In this document: positions 50,270 to 64,000 of the stretch, piece after piece
Layout of the letters: the number at the start of each line of letters is the position of its first letter
Position numbering within the stretch: position 1 is the stretch's first letter
From: Piromyces finnis finn
Taxonomy: Eukaryota > Fungi > Neocallimastigomycota
Length of the DNA: 64,000 bases
Direction of reading: 5' to 3'
Assembly (NCBI GenBank): GCA_002104945.1
Contig: MCFH01000037.1
Span: 372,001-436,000 of the forward strand
Translations under genes and position numbers: made by a program
Notes under the pieces: generated by a model
Database searches by the model: none
Seen by the model: the letters and a program-made list of their open reading frames with translations, nothing else
What the model was told of the DNA's origin: nothing

Positions 50270-50558
50270 GCGTGAATTATTATTAAATAATTATCATTGA
50301 AAAAAAAAAAAAATATGAAGTTTTTTTTCTTATTAAACATATATATAAAATACTTAATTAAAAGAAAATTCAAAATACTTATTATACAGAATTTTCATAA
50401 AAATATCATTTAAATGTAATACAATAATCTAATAATTTCATTATATAGTAATATAATATATAGTATATTTTTTATATAATATTTTTTTATTAAAAAAATT
50501 AAAACGAATATAAAAACATATATGATATATAATATTTAAAATTAGAAACTGGTTTTTA

Positions 50559-50592
<34 letters not shown>

Positions 50593-51852
50593 TTAATAAA
50601 ATACGACATCTTTTTTCATAAATATTAATTTCATTTTTTAAAAAGTTGATATATTTGAATAAAATAAATATGTAAAAATAAACTTTATATTTCTGTGGCG
50701 AGTAATTTCACATGATCAAACACATAAATCATACCTTTATTTTGAATAAATAAATACTAATAAGATCAATATTAAGAAGATATTAGTATAAGTATATTTA
50801 GTAATTAAATTACTATTAATAAATTAAATAACATATAATATTTGAATTTTAATTTATTTTAAGTACTTAAAATAATAAAAGTATTTAAATTTTTTCTTTT
50901 TTTTTTTTTTTTCTTTTTTCTTTAAAATAAAATACTTCCTATTATTTTCAAATTTAACAATTAATTATTGTTAAATATTATATATTGAATTGTAATTATT
51001 ATAATATATTTATATTTTTTTTTTATATTAACAATGTAAAATATTGAAAGATATAGAATATTTTAATATATAAAATAATAATTTGCTAATAATATTTGAT
51101 AGTAATGATAATAATAGTAATAATAACAATAATAATAAATAAACAATGATAAAAGAAATCAAAAAACCTTTTTAAGAAATTAGAGATATAATTATTTTTC
51201 AAATGATATAAAGCAATTAATGAATGGTAACTTTATATGCATCATCGACAATAACTGAAGGGAAGAAATAAACAAAATAAAAGAAGACAAAAAATAAATA
51301 TTGAAGAAATAACTTTTTAATCCCGTAAAGAAAAATTTGTAATCATTATTAACATAACATTAAAGAGAAATTAATTTTTAATTCTCGTTTCAAGAAAAAA
51401 ATTCATAAATATATAAATAGAATAGATAATTAAAAAAAAAAAAAAAAAGAATGTATATACATTGTTACCGGGAGAAAAGTTTTTAAATAATATTTTATAA
51501 TAATATCATATACAAAATGAAAAAAAAGCCTTTTTGTTAAATTTTAATAATTAAAAATAATTTGAAGGGATTTAATATTTGTCTGTTAATAAATTTTTAA
51601 ACCAAATCAATTCAGTATTACATTATATATAAATTATAATACCAATAATTATTAATATATGATATAATACTTATATTTATCATTTAATATATATAATAAA
51701 CATTATTCATATTTTTTATTAAAAGATTTTTATATTAAGACAACAAATAATTAGATTAAAAACTAACTTTTTCGTTATATATTTTTATTTCTATTTAAAA
51801 TCATATTTATTAAAGTTTATTTATATAGATAAATAAACCTTCTGTAATAATA

Positions 51853-52200
51853 ATGGAGTACAAGCAAGTTTTATATGGTAATTTCATGAAAGTTCTTTAA
51901 ACATTATTGTTAATAATTATACATTTATATACAAAAATTATACAAAATTATTTGATAATATTTTTTTTTTGGTAAATTAAATATTGTTATATATTTAAAT
52001 ATTAATATGTATATTTACTTTTAATAATAAAAGAATTATCAAGAAAAGAAGGAAATAATGTTTGTATCGATTGTGGAGCACCAAATCCACAATGGTAAGT
52101 GTACAATATTTAATATAAATAGAATAATAGAATAATATTATAATTGTAATTTAAATATTTTATGATATTATATCTTTGTGAATAATTTCGTTATTTAATA

Positions 52201-52240
<40 letters not shown>

Positions 52241-53756
52241 TTTTTAATTTTTAATATGGACTATTATTCTTTTGATGACATATATATTTTTATTCTATCA
52301 TTAATTATCATATAAAATTTCATATAAAATTATTGAAAATCATCATTGAAAACCTGGGAATAGGGCTAGTGTTACATATGGTATTTTCTTCTGTTTAAAT
52401 TGTTCAGGTATTCATCGTTCTTTAGGTGTTCATATTAGTTTTGTTCGTTCCATTACTATGGATAAATGGTCAGATGATCAATTAAAGAAGATGGAAAATG
52501 GAGGTAATTCCAAGGCACTTCAATTCTTTAGTTCACAACCTGATTATCATGAAGGAATGTCTATTAAAGAAAAGTATAATTCTAACTTTGCTCGCTTATA
52601 TCGAGAAAAGTTACAAGCAGAATGTGAAGGTAGAGTTTGGGTAGCCCCACCAGCTAATCAATTACCACCCGCTGCCAAGAATGAGAATTCCAATTTTGGT
52701 AATAATTCCGGTTTTGGTAATAATTCTGGTTTTGGTAGTGGTAGTAGAACTAACTCATGGGGTAATTTCAATAATAACAATAGTTTTGGAACCAATAGTA
52801 ACAACAATGGATTTGGCTCTAATAGTAGTTTTGGCCAAAAGAATAATGGATTTGGATCGAATAATGGATTTGGCTCTAATAGAAATAGTTTTGGCTCATT
52901 TAGTGATATTAACATCAACAACAGCAATAATAACAATAGTAATGGAAGTAATGGCAATAATGCACAAGCCATGTTTATTCCAGATCGAGCCAAGAATGAA
53001 GAATTCTTTGCTAGAAAGGGTAGAGAAAATGAAAATAGAAGAGATGACATTCCACCAAGTCAAGGTGGTAAATACACAGGATTTGGAAGTACACCACTTC
53101 ATAGCCAACCTCAAAATCAAAATGAAAGTCTTGCACAAATTCAAAGAGGACTTTCTTCAGGATGGAATTTCTTAGCACAAACAGCCATGGCAGGAGTTAA
53201 GTTTGCACAAGTTGGAGCTAGTCATATTAATGAAAATTATATTAAGCCAGCATCAGAAGCAGTTCGTGATCCAAACTTTACACAAAATCTCGGTACATAT
53301 GCTGAAAGCTTTAGACGTACCGTTTCAGAAAAGGCATCCCAAGCAGCAGGACAAATTAGTCAAGCCTATCAAAACTATCAAAATGGAGGATATAATTCCA
53401 ATCGTATGTCTAGAAATGAACCTTATGTTGTTAAGGATGAAAATAATAATGGATTTAGAAATAATAACAACAACAATAATAACAATGGATTTGGAAGTAA
53501 TAATAATAATTTCTTTAACAACAACAACAATAATAATAACAATAACTCAGGTAGTTTTGGAAGTTTAAACAATAATAATAACAATAACTCAGGTAGTTTT
53601 GGAAGTTTAAACAATAATAATTCAGGTAGTTTTGGTAGTTTTGGAAGCTTAAACAACAACAACAACAACAACAACAATTCAAGTAGTTTTTCAAATACTC
53701 AAAACCGAAATAATAATAAAAATTCAAAATGGGAAGATGATTGGGGTGATTTCTAA
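51853..53756 (+). CDS. GCS1: ArfGAP1/Gcs1-type protein, copy 2; exons 51853-51877, 52034-52094, 52364-53756
   Basis: Same protein sequence and exon structure as copy 1 (offset 3484-3487 bp). Confidence 0.92.
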
Positions 53757-55005
53757 GATGTAAAATAAAACTCAATGTACATATAGTAATATTCCTACAA
53801 TTTTAAAGTATATCAAATCAATAAAAAAGTTCCTATATCCTTATATAAATAAAACTCATTAATTTTCATATAATACAAATAATAGTAGTTATAATCAAAT
53901 TTTTTTTAAATAAATATAATATATTTTAGACAAAAATAAAACAAAAATAAAATTAATTTAAAAATATATAAATAAGGAAATCAAAATTTAAAAAATAAAA
54001 ACAAAACGAAGAACAAATAATTAATTATAAGAAGGTTTTCACTAAAAATAGGTGTATATACCTATAACCCTATAATATAAATAATAATTTTTTGATATAT
54101 TTCCATATCTATTTTTTTTTCTTTTTGTTCTTTATATTTAATATAATATTAATTATACAATTCATATATAATTTATAATTTATATTTTAAAACATTACTA
54201 TTAAATTAATTTTCATTGCTTATTGAATTTAAAAGAAACAATATTAAAAATAAAGAACAAATTTAAAAAATAAAGAAACAAATAAATTATTTATAATTTA
54301 TTTTATTTAATAAATAGAAAAAAAAAGGCATGTTTTTATTATTATTACATCATTACTATTATTAAAAAAGGATATTTAGATTTTTAGTATTTAACACTAA
54401 AAATTATAGTATTAAAGGAATGAGAGTGTTGGTTGATATATAATTAATATTTTAAATAATTCCAATTAGTATTGATATTTCTTAAAAGGATCTTTCTTTT
54501 TATTTAGTCTATAAAATAATAATTTTTTTTTTTATTTTTTTTTTAATGAATTTGCTTATTTCCAAAATTAATAATTCAATAATTCAATAATTAAAAAAAG
54601 TAATAACAACAAACAACAACAATGAATATAAAAAAGTATGGATTATTTAATACATTAAAATGTTTTGTTTATCCTTAAGTAAAGCATATTTCGATAAAAG
54701 TTTTTATAGATAGTAATAATGAAACTATAATTTTGTACTTTTTTTTTTTAATAATGCTCCAATTGATAGTAATATAATGGAAATAATATAAGACAAAAAA
54801 AAAAAAAAAGTAATTTTAATATTAATTATTTTTGAAGAATAGAAATAATTATCAAATTTTATATTTTTTATAATCTTTTTTTTTTTTTTTAAAATAAATT
54901 AATAAATAAATTAATCTCTTTTTTTTTTTTTCCATTAGAATTAAACTTTAATTATTATTAATAATCCAGCCTCGTGTAACAATAAAAATAAAACTTATTA
55001 AATTA

Positions 55006-55027
55006 ATGTGATGAAATTTACATAAAA

Positions 55028-55085
<58 letters not shown>
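55006..55085. repeat. (TAAA)n microsatellite
   Basis: Direct reading. Confidence 0.9.
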
Positions 55086-55086
<1 letters not shown>

Positions 55087-55820
55087 AATTTTTTATGATA
55101 AATATGGATAATAACGTCCATTCAAATAATTTATTATTTTATTGGTTACTTTTATTTTATTAAATCATGTTGACCTTTTTTTTTTTTTTTTTTATAAATG
55201 TATCACAAAACTCACATTTCATTTTGTGATACTTTAAAAATTAATTATATAACATCTTTGTGGAGATTCTTAATATAAAATGACAATTCATTTTGAAAGT
55301 ATTTTAATAAAATTTATCTAACAAATTAAATGATAAAGAATTAATAGGTAACAGGTGTGTAGTTAATTTTTTATTTATGAATGTTAAATCTACTTTTATT
55401 ATTATTATTATTATTTTATTTTAAATAATTATTTTAACTTTACATAATGTCATTTTATATTATACTAAAAAAAAATTAACAAAAAATATAATAAAAAAAT
55501 TAAATATTATAAATGAAAGTAATAAATATATTATATTTTTGGATTTAATGAAAAAAAAATTGTTAAAAATAAAAAAAGAAATGATATATATGATGTCAAA
55601 TTTTCTTGAAAAAAAAAAAAAAAAAAAAAAAAAAGAATAAAATAAAATAAAATAAATAAAAAAAGGGAGCATATTTATGTTTAAATATAAAGTTTAAAAA
55701 AGTAATATATATATATATTTAGGTATGAATTTTTTTAGAGGTATGGTTTTTTTAAGCTATATATTTTTTTAAATTTAATAGTAAACTATTATTATCGTGT
55801 TATTTTAATCTACTTTATTT

Positions 55821-56527
55821 CTACTCTTTCATAGTCTTGTCTTTACTTTCAATTTTTGAAGATAGTACATTATTTACAGAATCAGATGATGCTATTTTAT
55901 CCTTTATTATTGATTTAACATCGTTTTTCGCTGATGTTATATCAATATTTTTCTTGCTGGGTGAATTTTCATTAGATTTTTCTATTAGATTGGACGTTAA
56001 TTTCTGTGAAGAATTGTTTTCATCAGAAGTGTTATTTTTTAGTAATGCATTTGATTTAGTGGAAGTAGAATTTGTTTCATTTAATGTAGAATTATGTGTT
56101 AAATCATCAGATGAAGAAATTAATTTACTATGAACTTTAGTATGATAAAAGTTTGAACGATCTGACGATGTTTGTTGAATTAAGGTGTTTGTAGGTGGGG
56201 GTGGTAATCCTGGCATTTTTGATTTAATTTTGTAGTGATGATGATGACTATTACTACTTTTTATTTCTGATGTTTTGGATTTTGAAATAGAAGAATTATC
56301 ATGAATCGAACTATCCATTTTATCTGAAAGTTTTGATATATCAGCATTGTTTCTGTTATGGTGACTATTATTACTTTTCATATCATTATCTTCTTTAGTG
56401 CTTTGTGATTTATTTTTATTTGAATTATATTTATTTAGTTTATTTAAACTATATTGACTATCATAATTATTGCCATTTCCATTATTCATAGAGTTAGGAT
56501 GGGTAAAGTTATTTTGATTGTTATTGA

Positions 56528-56602
<75 letters not shown>

Positions 56603-57343
56603 GATAATCTGATTGTTGTTGATTATAATTATTATTATTATTATTATTTATATTATTAAAATCTTGATTATAGTTTTGATTATTAGGTTTATTTGATGAT
56701 GAATAATTTTGATTTTGGTTATTGAAGTTTGGATTTATATTGTTGTTGTTATTCATATTGTTATTATTATTATTGTTGTAATAATTTAAGTTATTAATAT
56801 TATTATTAGGCGGTATATAGTTTTGATTATTATTTGACATCATATTATAATTCCCATTATTATTATTATTATTATTATTATTTATTGGGTATGAATTATT
56901 ATTATTGTTGTTATTATTATTTATTGGTGGATAATTTTGCTGATTATTTTGATTCATATAGTTTTGATTATTATTATAACCATTATTATTATTGTTGTTA
57001 TTATTATTATTGTTGTTATTTGGATATGGGTTGTAACCATTGTTATTATTTGGTGGAGGAGGGTAATTATTATTGTTATTAATATTATTATTTGGATAAT
57101 TTTGGTTATAATTATTATAATTCATATTATTATTATTATTATTATTGTTGTTGTTATTGTTGTTATTATTTGGGAATCTATTATAATCTTGGTTCATTTG
57201 ATAGGAATTTGGAGAATTGTTTATTGGACCATTATTTCCTCCATTGTTCATTGGACCATTGTTCATTGGGCCGTTATTTATAAGTCCGTTGTTATTATTA
57301 CCAAAGTTGTATGAATTTGAATTTGGTGGTAATGGATTAATCA

Positions 57344-57376
<33 letters not shown>

Positions 57377-59168
57377 TAAATCCATTATTCATTATAGATG
57401 CATTTTCATTTTTAATCATATTATTATTATATTGATTCATCATATTATCATTGTTTCCATTATAATTTGATCCATTTTTCATTGAATTAAATGAAGAAAC
57501 AGATCCTGGTGGATGTATCATATTATTATTCATGCCATTTATACGATTTATGTCATTTAATGGTGATCCCATAAAATTATTATTTATGTTATTATTATAG
57601 CCACCGTTTTGTGATGGTGTATTTTGATTTTGATTGTAGTATGATGAATTGGAATTAGAAGACATCATTGATGATGAAATAATACTACTAGCACCTCCAA
57701 TATAATTCTTCTTTCTACTAATAATCTTTTTTTTGTCATTAATATTTTCAACGCTCATATCTGGGAAGAGTTTATTTAATGGGTAACCTTTGTGTAAATG
57801 CTTCTTTGCTAATAAACGGTAGAATCGGTCATAACAATTTTTACCAACTCTAGCAATTAATGGTAATGAAATGAAACCCCAATAACGACCATTATATAAT
57901 AAAACTCTTTCTATTAATTGTTCATCTTCTTCCTTTGTCCATGGAGTTCTTTGACCAGTATTCATTGCTGGATCACTTGGAAGACGATATAAGAAATTAT
58001 CTGTACATTTATGTCTTTTTTCATAGGCTTCCCGTTGACAGAGAGACATCTTTTCTTTATCGATTTCATGAGTATCCCAAAGGGCCATACATATTTTCAT
58101 TGGTTCAATATCTTTGGTATGTAAATTTAAAGTAGAGAATGGTTGTGGTTCACAATCATTTTTTCTTATAATGAAACCAATTGGGTGTGTAATAATTCTA
58201 GATTGTGGATCAAGAGTGAAATCTGGGAGTGGCAAACCACCATTAGCTTCATTACCTGTTAAACGTCTTGGACGACTTACTGTTAAGGTGTTGCTTTTTG
58301 GTAAGAGTAATGATCCTGATACTGTTCTTCTTCTTTTATGATTTGATAATTCTATATCAGAGAGTTGATCTTCGCCATCATCATCATCTTCATTTGGATA
58401 ACTATTAACACTACTGAAATAGTCTGATTTTTCTTTGAGTTCATCAATGAATGGATCCATTCTTCTTTTCTTTAATGAATCTGAAAAGTTCTTTTCTTTA
58501 TTCTCATTAATAGTTTCAACTTTAATTGATGTTTCATTATTTTTATTTGAAATAAATGTCGAACTATCAATTGAATCATTATTATCACTATCATTATTGC
58601 TATCATTATCACTGCTATTTTTATTGACTATTTTGCAAATTTTATTTTTTTCCGTATCAATACTACTTGGACTTTTACATTTTGTACTACTAATTTCCAT
58701 ATCATCCTCAGTACTATCCTCATTATTATTTGTTATTTTTTTTGCATTATCCTTTGAAAGGCTATTACCTTCTTTATTTATATTTATTGATGAATCTGAT
58801 TCAGATAGTGACTTTGTGTTATCTTTTTCTAAATTAATATCCCCTAACTCTTTTGAATTGCTATTTCCTTCTTTTTGTGATAATCGCTTATATTTTATTA
58901 TATCATTATTTTGTTCTTCTAATTGCCTTTTTAATGAAGCTCTCTTAGCCCTTTCTTTTTCTAATTGACGTTCATATGAATTTTTCATACTGTCAAATTT
59001 TGTTTGTAGTGATTCCAGTTGAGCTCGTAACTTGTCACATTGTCTAATAATATGTTGTTTATCGTTTCTTTCTTTTTCAAGTTCATCTTTTAACCATGCT
59101 TGTGAATTGTATACTGGCTCCAAATGCTGATTAACCAGCTTAATCATACTATTAATGAAATCTTGCAT
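55821..59168 (-). CDS. Myb/SANT-domain protein (1115 aa) with N-terminal coiled coil and long Asn-rich low-complexity region
   Basis: Single long ORF; Myb-like repeat PWTKEEDEQLIERVLLYNGRYWGFISLPLIARVGKNCYDRF; heptad-like N-terminus; poly-Asn/Tyr/Gln/Pro tract of roughly 400 aa. Confidence 0.85.
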
Positions 59169-59280
59169 TTTTATATTATTTTTATTTGAACATAAAATAA
59201 CTATTCGAAAATAATAAGAGAAAAAAAAAAATAAATATGGTTAATAATATCGAATTAATAAAAACTAATAACTTTATAAC

Positions 59281-59316
<36 letters not shown>

Positions 59317-62300
59317 CTATAATAACATAATATATATATTTATTTGTATGAAATATAATATAAATGATTTTGACTTGGTAATATCAGAAAAAAAAAAATA
59401 GTGGAATTATATTTTTACAATTACTATTATTTATTTATTTATTATTAGTTATTTTTAATGTTTTTAAGAAATTTTAATTATTAATTTGAGATTATATATT
59501 TTCAAAATTTATTATTATTATTATTATTATTACTACTATTTTTCAATTGTTGCTTTTATATATTATTTAACAAGTTTATCTTTTTTTTTTTTTTTTAAAA
59601 AAAATAAAAAAAACAAACAAAAATATAAGTTATAAGAATATATAATACCTTAAATTAACATATTTTAGCTGATAAAATTTTATTATTTTATTTTTTTTAA
59701 CTTTTTCTTTTTTTCTTTTTATTAACTTTATTGTTTTACAAATACTCTTTTTATTCTTGAGAATATGTTGATATATTTGCTTATTGATTCCTAGAATAAA
59801 ATAATTTTTCAATTATTATAGTAATTCCTTAAAGTGGTATATACTTATATTAATATTTTTATTTTTAATTATATATTCTTCTTTTTTTTTTTTTTTTTTT
59901 TTTTTTTATATATATATATATTTATTTATTTTTAATTCTTAAACAAGGGAATCTTTACAGTATATTGGTGATATTAATAAAATATTAATTGAACTATTGA
60001 ACTGTTATCTGTTATAAAATATTTTATATATATATATATAAAATTAAATTCCTGTTTATATATATTTTTATTTTTTATTTTTCTATACATTAAATAAAGA
60101 TAGATACTGTCTTTTATTTATTTATTATTCTTATTATTATATTCAGAAAAAAAGAAAAAAAGAAAAAAAAGTTAAATAATAATACAACTACAGATAAAGA
60201 TATATAATATTAAAAAGGTTTATAAATTTATATTTAAATATTATTTTTTAATTTTTATTTCACACACACACAACATTGTGACAAACGAAAATGTTAGTAA
60301 TGAACATTTTAATATAAAATAAGGTTTTATATATTAGATATATTAAATTTTACAAAAATTTGAATTATATCATGAAGTATATTTATAATTATATTATATT
60401 ATATTATATTACATAATATTATACATAGTATATTCTATTTAATTATTTATTACATCTCTTTAATAAAAAATAATAAGAATTTGATATATTAAAAAGGAAA
60501 ATAATAAATACATAAAATGAGTAAATATACATTAACTAAAAAACATTAACAACAACATCATCATTAATGTATTAATAATTTCATATTTGTTATTATTATT
60601 TTATTTACTTTTACAATTATTCTACTTAAGTTACTATATATATAAATATGTATTAAACTTTTATTCACATATGATATAAGAATTTTAATATAATTATTTA
60701 AATTTAATATAAATTAAATTAGTAATAATATAATTAATAATCCTATTTAAACTTTATTAGACAGATTTATTTATCATATTAGTGTTTTTTAGAATTTATA
60801 GTTTTTAAATACCATTTTATTATCATTCATTTTATTTATTATCATTATTTTATGCTTAAGCAATAATAATAAAGTTTTATACTATACTTTTATACAACGA
60901 ATTATCAAATTATTTTCTATAAATATCATTTAAATAAAACTTCAATAACAATTCAGAATATATAAGCTATTTAAATATTTATGATTAATTATTACTAATT
61001 AGACATATTGACCATAATTGATATTACTTTTTAGTCATATTTATATATAATAAATAAATATATAGATTATGATAAACTTATATATTAAAATATATTATAT
61101 ATATATTATTTATATATAATCTTATTTATTTTTATTATTTTTCAATTCTATAAATTGAAAAATGTAGAAATATTCATAAATACTTTTTATATTTGAATAT
61201 ATATAAAATGTATGTTTATTTACTATTTTATTCTTTTGGCAATAATATATTAAATTGTATTATAATATATTTTATTTTTAAGTTATTGATAATGAGAGTA
61301 CAAATTATACATAAAAGGAAATCAATCAAAATGAAAATAAACATAATACTATTTTATCATAAACTATAAAATAAAAAATAATATATAATAAACTTTAATA
61401 AATATAATTTTTAAAATTATTCCAATTAAAATAATTAATTTTATAAATTATATATTTTATTCATTTGTATTCATTTTTTTAAACATTATGATACTGATAC
61501 ATAATACATTACTATATTACATATTTCATATCATTGGACAATTTTATTTTGATCATACATTTATATGGAAAATATTTAAAAGTACCGTACGACAAGTTAT
61601 TAAGGAGGAATAATAACAAGAAAAACGGCTAATCTTTATTTTTTAATATAGCTTTCATATTCTATATGAAGATTTTTTTCTATTTAATAATATAATAATA
61701 TTATGTACAATATTTTTTTTATTTTTGTAGTATTTAGGTGATATTCCTTTATGTTTCATTAATATATAATTGATATATATGATTGTTATTTTCATCAATT
61801 ATTTTATTTATTAAGATTTACTTTTTTTTTTTTTTACATGAATAACAAATTAAAAATTTATAAATATATAAGAAAAATGGAGAAAATAGAATTTTGTCAA
61901 TTTCAATTAAGAAGTGAAAAACTTTTAAATTATTATTATTATAAGCAAATAATATTTTTAATCTTTTTGAATTTTCTTCTTTATTTATTCTATTCTATAA
62001 AATAAAAAACGTTAATATAACATGTAATTATATTGAATAAGCTTCAAAACTATATATTTGATAAAAAAAAAAAATATTATATATTAATTAGATATATAAT
62101 ATATAATAGTTAATGTATCTTTTATGTAAAAGTCCAAATAATCATAGTAGTTCTTATAGATAAATTTCTTTTTAATTTTTCAATAAAGTTTCAAAAAATA
62201 AAGATTTTAACTTATAATTAATCTATCTAGTATAAAAACAATTTATTATTATAGGTGTCTATATATTCTATTTATTATTAAATAGTAATATATTATTAAA

Positions 62301-63443
62301 ATAATAGACAAAAATGATTATAGTTGATATGGTTTTTTTATCTCTATTGTAAAGCTTACGTTCACATCATATCTATAGTTTAGAAAAATATTATATAATT
62401 AATTTTCCTTTATTAAATGTATAGCTTTTTTTTTTTTTTATTCAATTTATCATTCAATATATCATAAATTATTGTAAAGATGTCCTATTTAAGAGATTTA
62501 TATTGACATTTATAAACTTTTAATAACAAATTTAATTTAAACAAGTTATATTGAGAAATATAGATAACTTTAGGCTTTATTATTGTTATAATTTGTGAAT
62601 GTTTTTTGCATTGCTATTATTGATATTATTTATTAATAATTGTTAGAATATGTGAAACGTTATGTCACATGTATTCAAATGTATTGAAATGTATTAAAAC
62701 GTATTTGTATATATTGTATTTGATTATATGTTTAAGCCACAATGTAAATGTATAAATACATGTAGTTTGAGAAGAATGTAACGCAAGTAGTTCTTTATCA
62801 TAAAATATATTAATAAAGTTGACATAATTATAAACCTAAATTAAACAACTCTTAATAATAATTAAATATTCCTAATAACCCAGTTTGTCCATTTAAGGAT
62901 CATTTTTTAAAAAATGTTTATTAAACTATAAAACATTTACTTTTTAATTTTTATTAATCCATTTTTTTTTTATACTACTTTGGGTGACAATTAGTAAAAA
63001 AAAATTTTTTTTTGACAAAATTAAAATTGTACACTTTGAATTTAATTTATAAATGTTAACTATAAAAAAAAATATATTAAAGGAATAAATCTTGTTAATC
63101 TATTTTTAATTTATTATTTCAATTATATAGCAACAACTAACCATATCATATAATTCAAAAAAAAAAAATTAGATCGAGGTTGTAATAAAAAGAAAATATT
63201 CATGAATTAGAGTAATACATTTCATATTTAATATAGAATGCATAAAATACATTTATCCCTAATAGAAAATAGCTTTATTCTTGATACTATGTACATTTAT
63301 TTAAATATGGATGTATAATGTTAATTGTAGGAAAATTATAATAATAACATTGTTTTTATTACTATTCCCCTTAAAATTTTTTTTGTCTAATTATGGAATA
63401 TTAATTTTTACCATAATCCTTATTTATTCATTTACTCCATCAA

Positions 63444-63483
<40 letters not shown>

Positions 63484-64000
63484 TAAAGTAACATAAAAAT
63501 ACCAGAAAAAATGGTAAAAATATTTATAATTATTAATCATATAATATAAAACTCTTTTTTTGATATTAGTATTTGCAGTGAATAATAATAATATTTAACA
63601 ATATTAAAAATGATATTTATAATAATTATTTTAATAATAAGAAATTTTAATATTATTTTACGAATTTTATATTATAAATAAAATATATATAAAAATATAT
63701 ATTAAAAAAATATGTAAAATTTCTATTCATTTGTTTTATTAATTATGTAATAATGAAATAATGAGATAAAAAATCATACGATATTATATGGGATAAGAGC
63801 TAGTTTTGGTTGAAAGAATTTAAATTTAAATGATATAAAATTTTAATATAAACTTCTAATCGCTAACCTCTACAATTATAGACTAAAACAAGAAGCTTTT
63901 ATAATACTAAATATTTTCTAGTTGCTTGTTTATTCAATAATTAATTATTAAGTTATAATATTAAAATTATATAGAATATACATTAATAGAATAATATTTA

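Larger units (their letters stand above)
48283..53756 (+). repeat. Tandem gene duplication (units ~48283-50269 and ~51770-53756)
   Basis: Near-identity from ~85 bp upstream of the ATG to the stop codon, including introns; 3' flanks are unrelated. Confidence 0.93.

Noticed and set aside
49171-53775. Multiple overlapping short ORFs on both strands of the ArfGAP copies
   Set aside because: Shadow frames of low-complexity Asn/Gly/Ser codons with no independent motifs.
55837-58968. Plus-strand ORFs opposite the Myb gene (poly-Tyr, Ile, Leu)
   Set aside because: Antisense translations of AAT/AAC-rich codons.
62668-62706. Four degenerate 10-bp AAATGTATT units
   Set aside because: Too short and AT-rich to distinguish from chance.

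Overview
Extremely AT-rich eukaryotic DNA with spliced genes. Gene content (intron-containing secreted CotH kinase, Asn-rich proteins, long AT-rich intergenic tracts) points to an anaerobic gut fungus (Neocallimastigomycota); this assignment is an inference. Host genes are a CotH-family gene (frameshifted near its start), Sec31, a tRNA-Ala(UGC), a forkhead transcription factor, two near-identical tandem ArfGAP1/Gcs1-type genes and a Myb/SANT protein with an Asn-rich domain. The most striking structure is 14.6-27.2 kb: two different Ty3/gypsy LTR retrotransposons, 4 bp apart and in the same orientation, sit 14 bp upstream of the tRNA-Ala gene. The tRNA-proximal element has an 18-nt primer-binding site matching that same tRNA, apparently identical LTRs, an intact gag-pol and a foreign internal LTR-like segment with a second PBS. 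The distal element encodes only Gag and protease plus a novel ~235-aa open tail. Both carry the same -1 frameshift architecture (U UUA AAU plus a 7-bp stem) with different stem sequences. All coordinates, splice sites and sequence comparisons were read by eye; no database searches were run.
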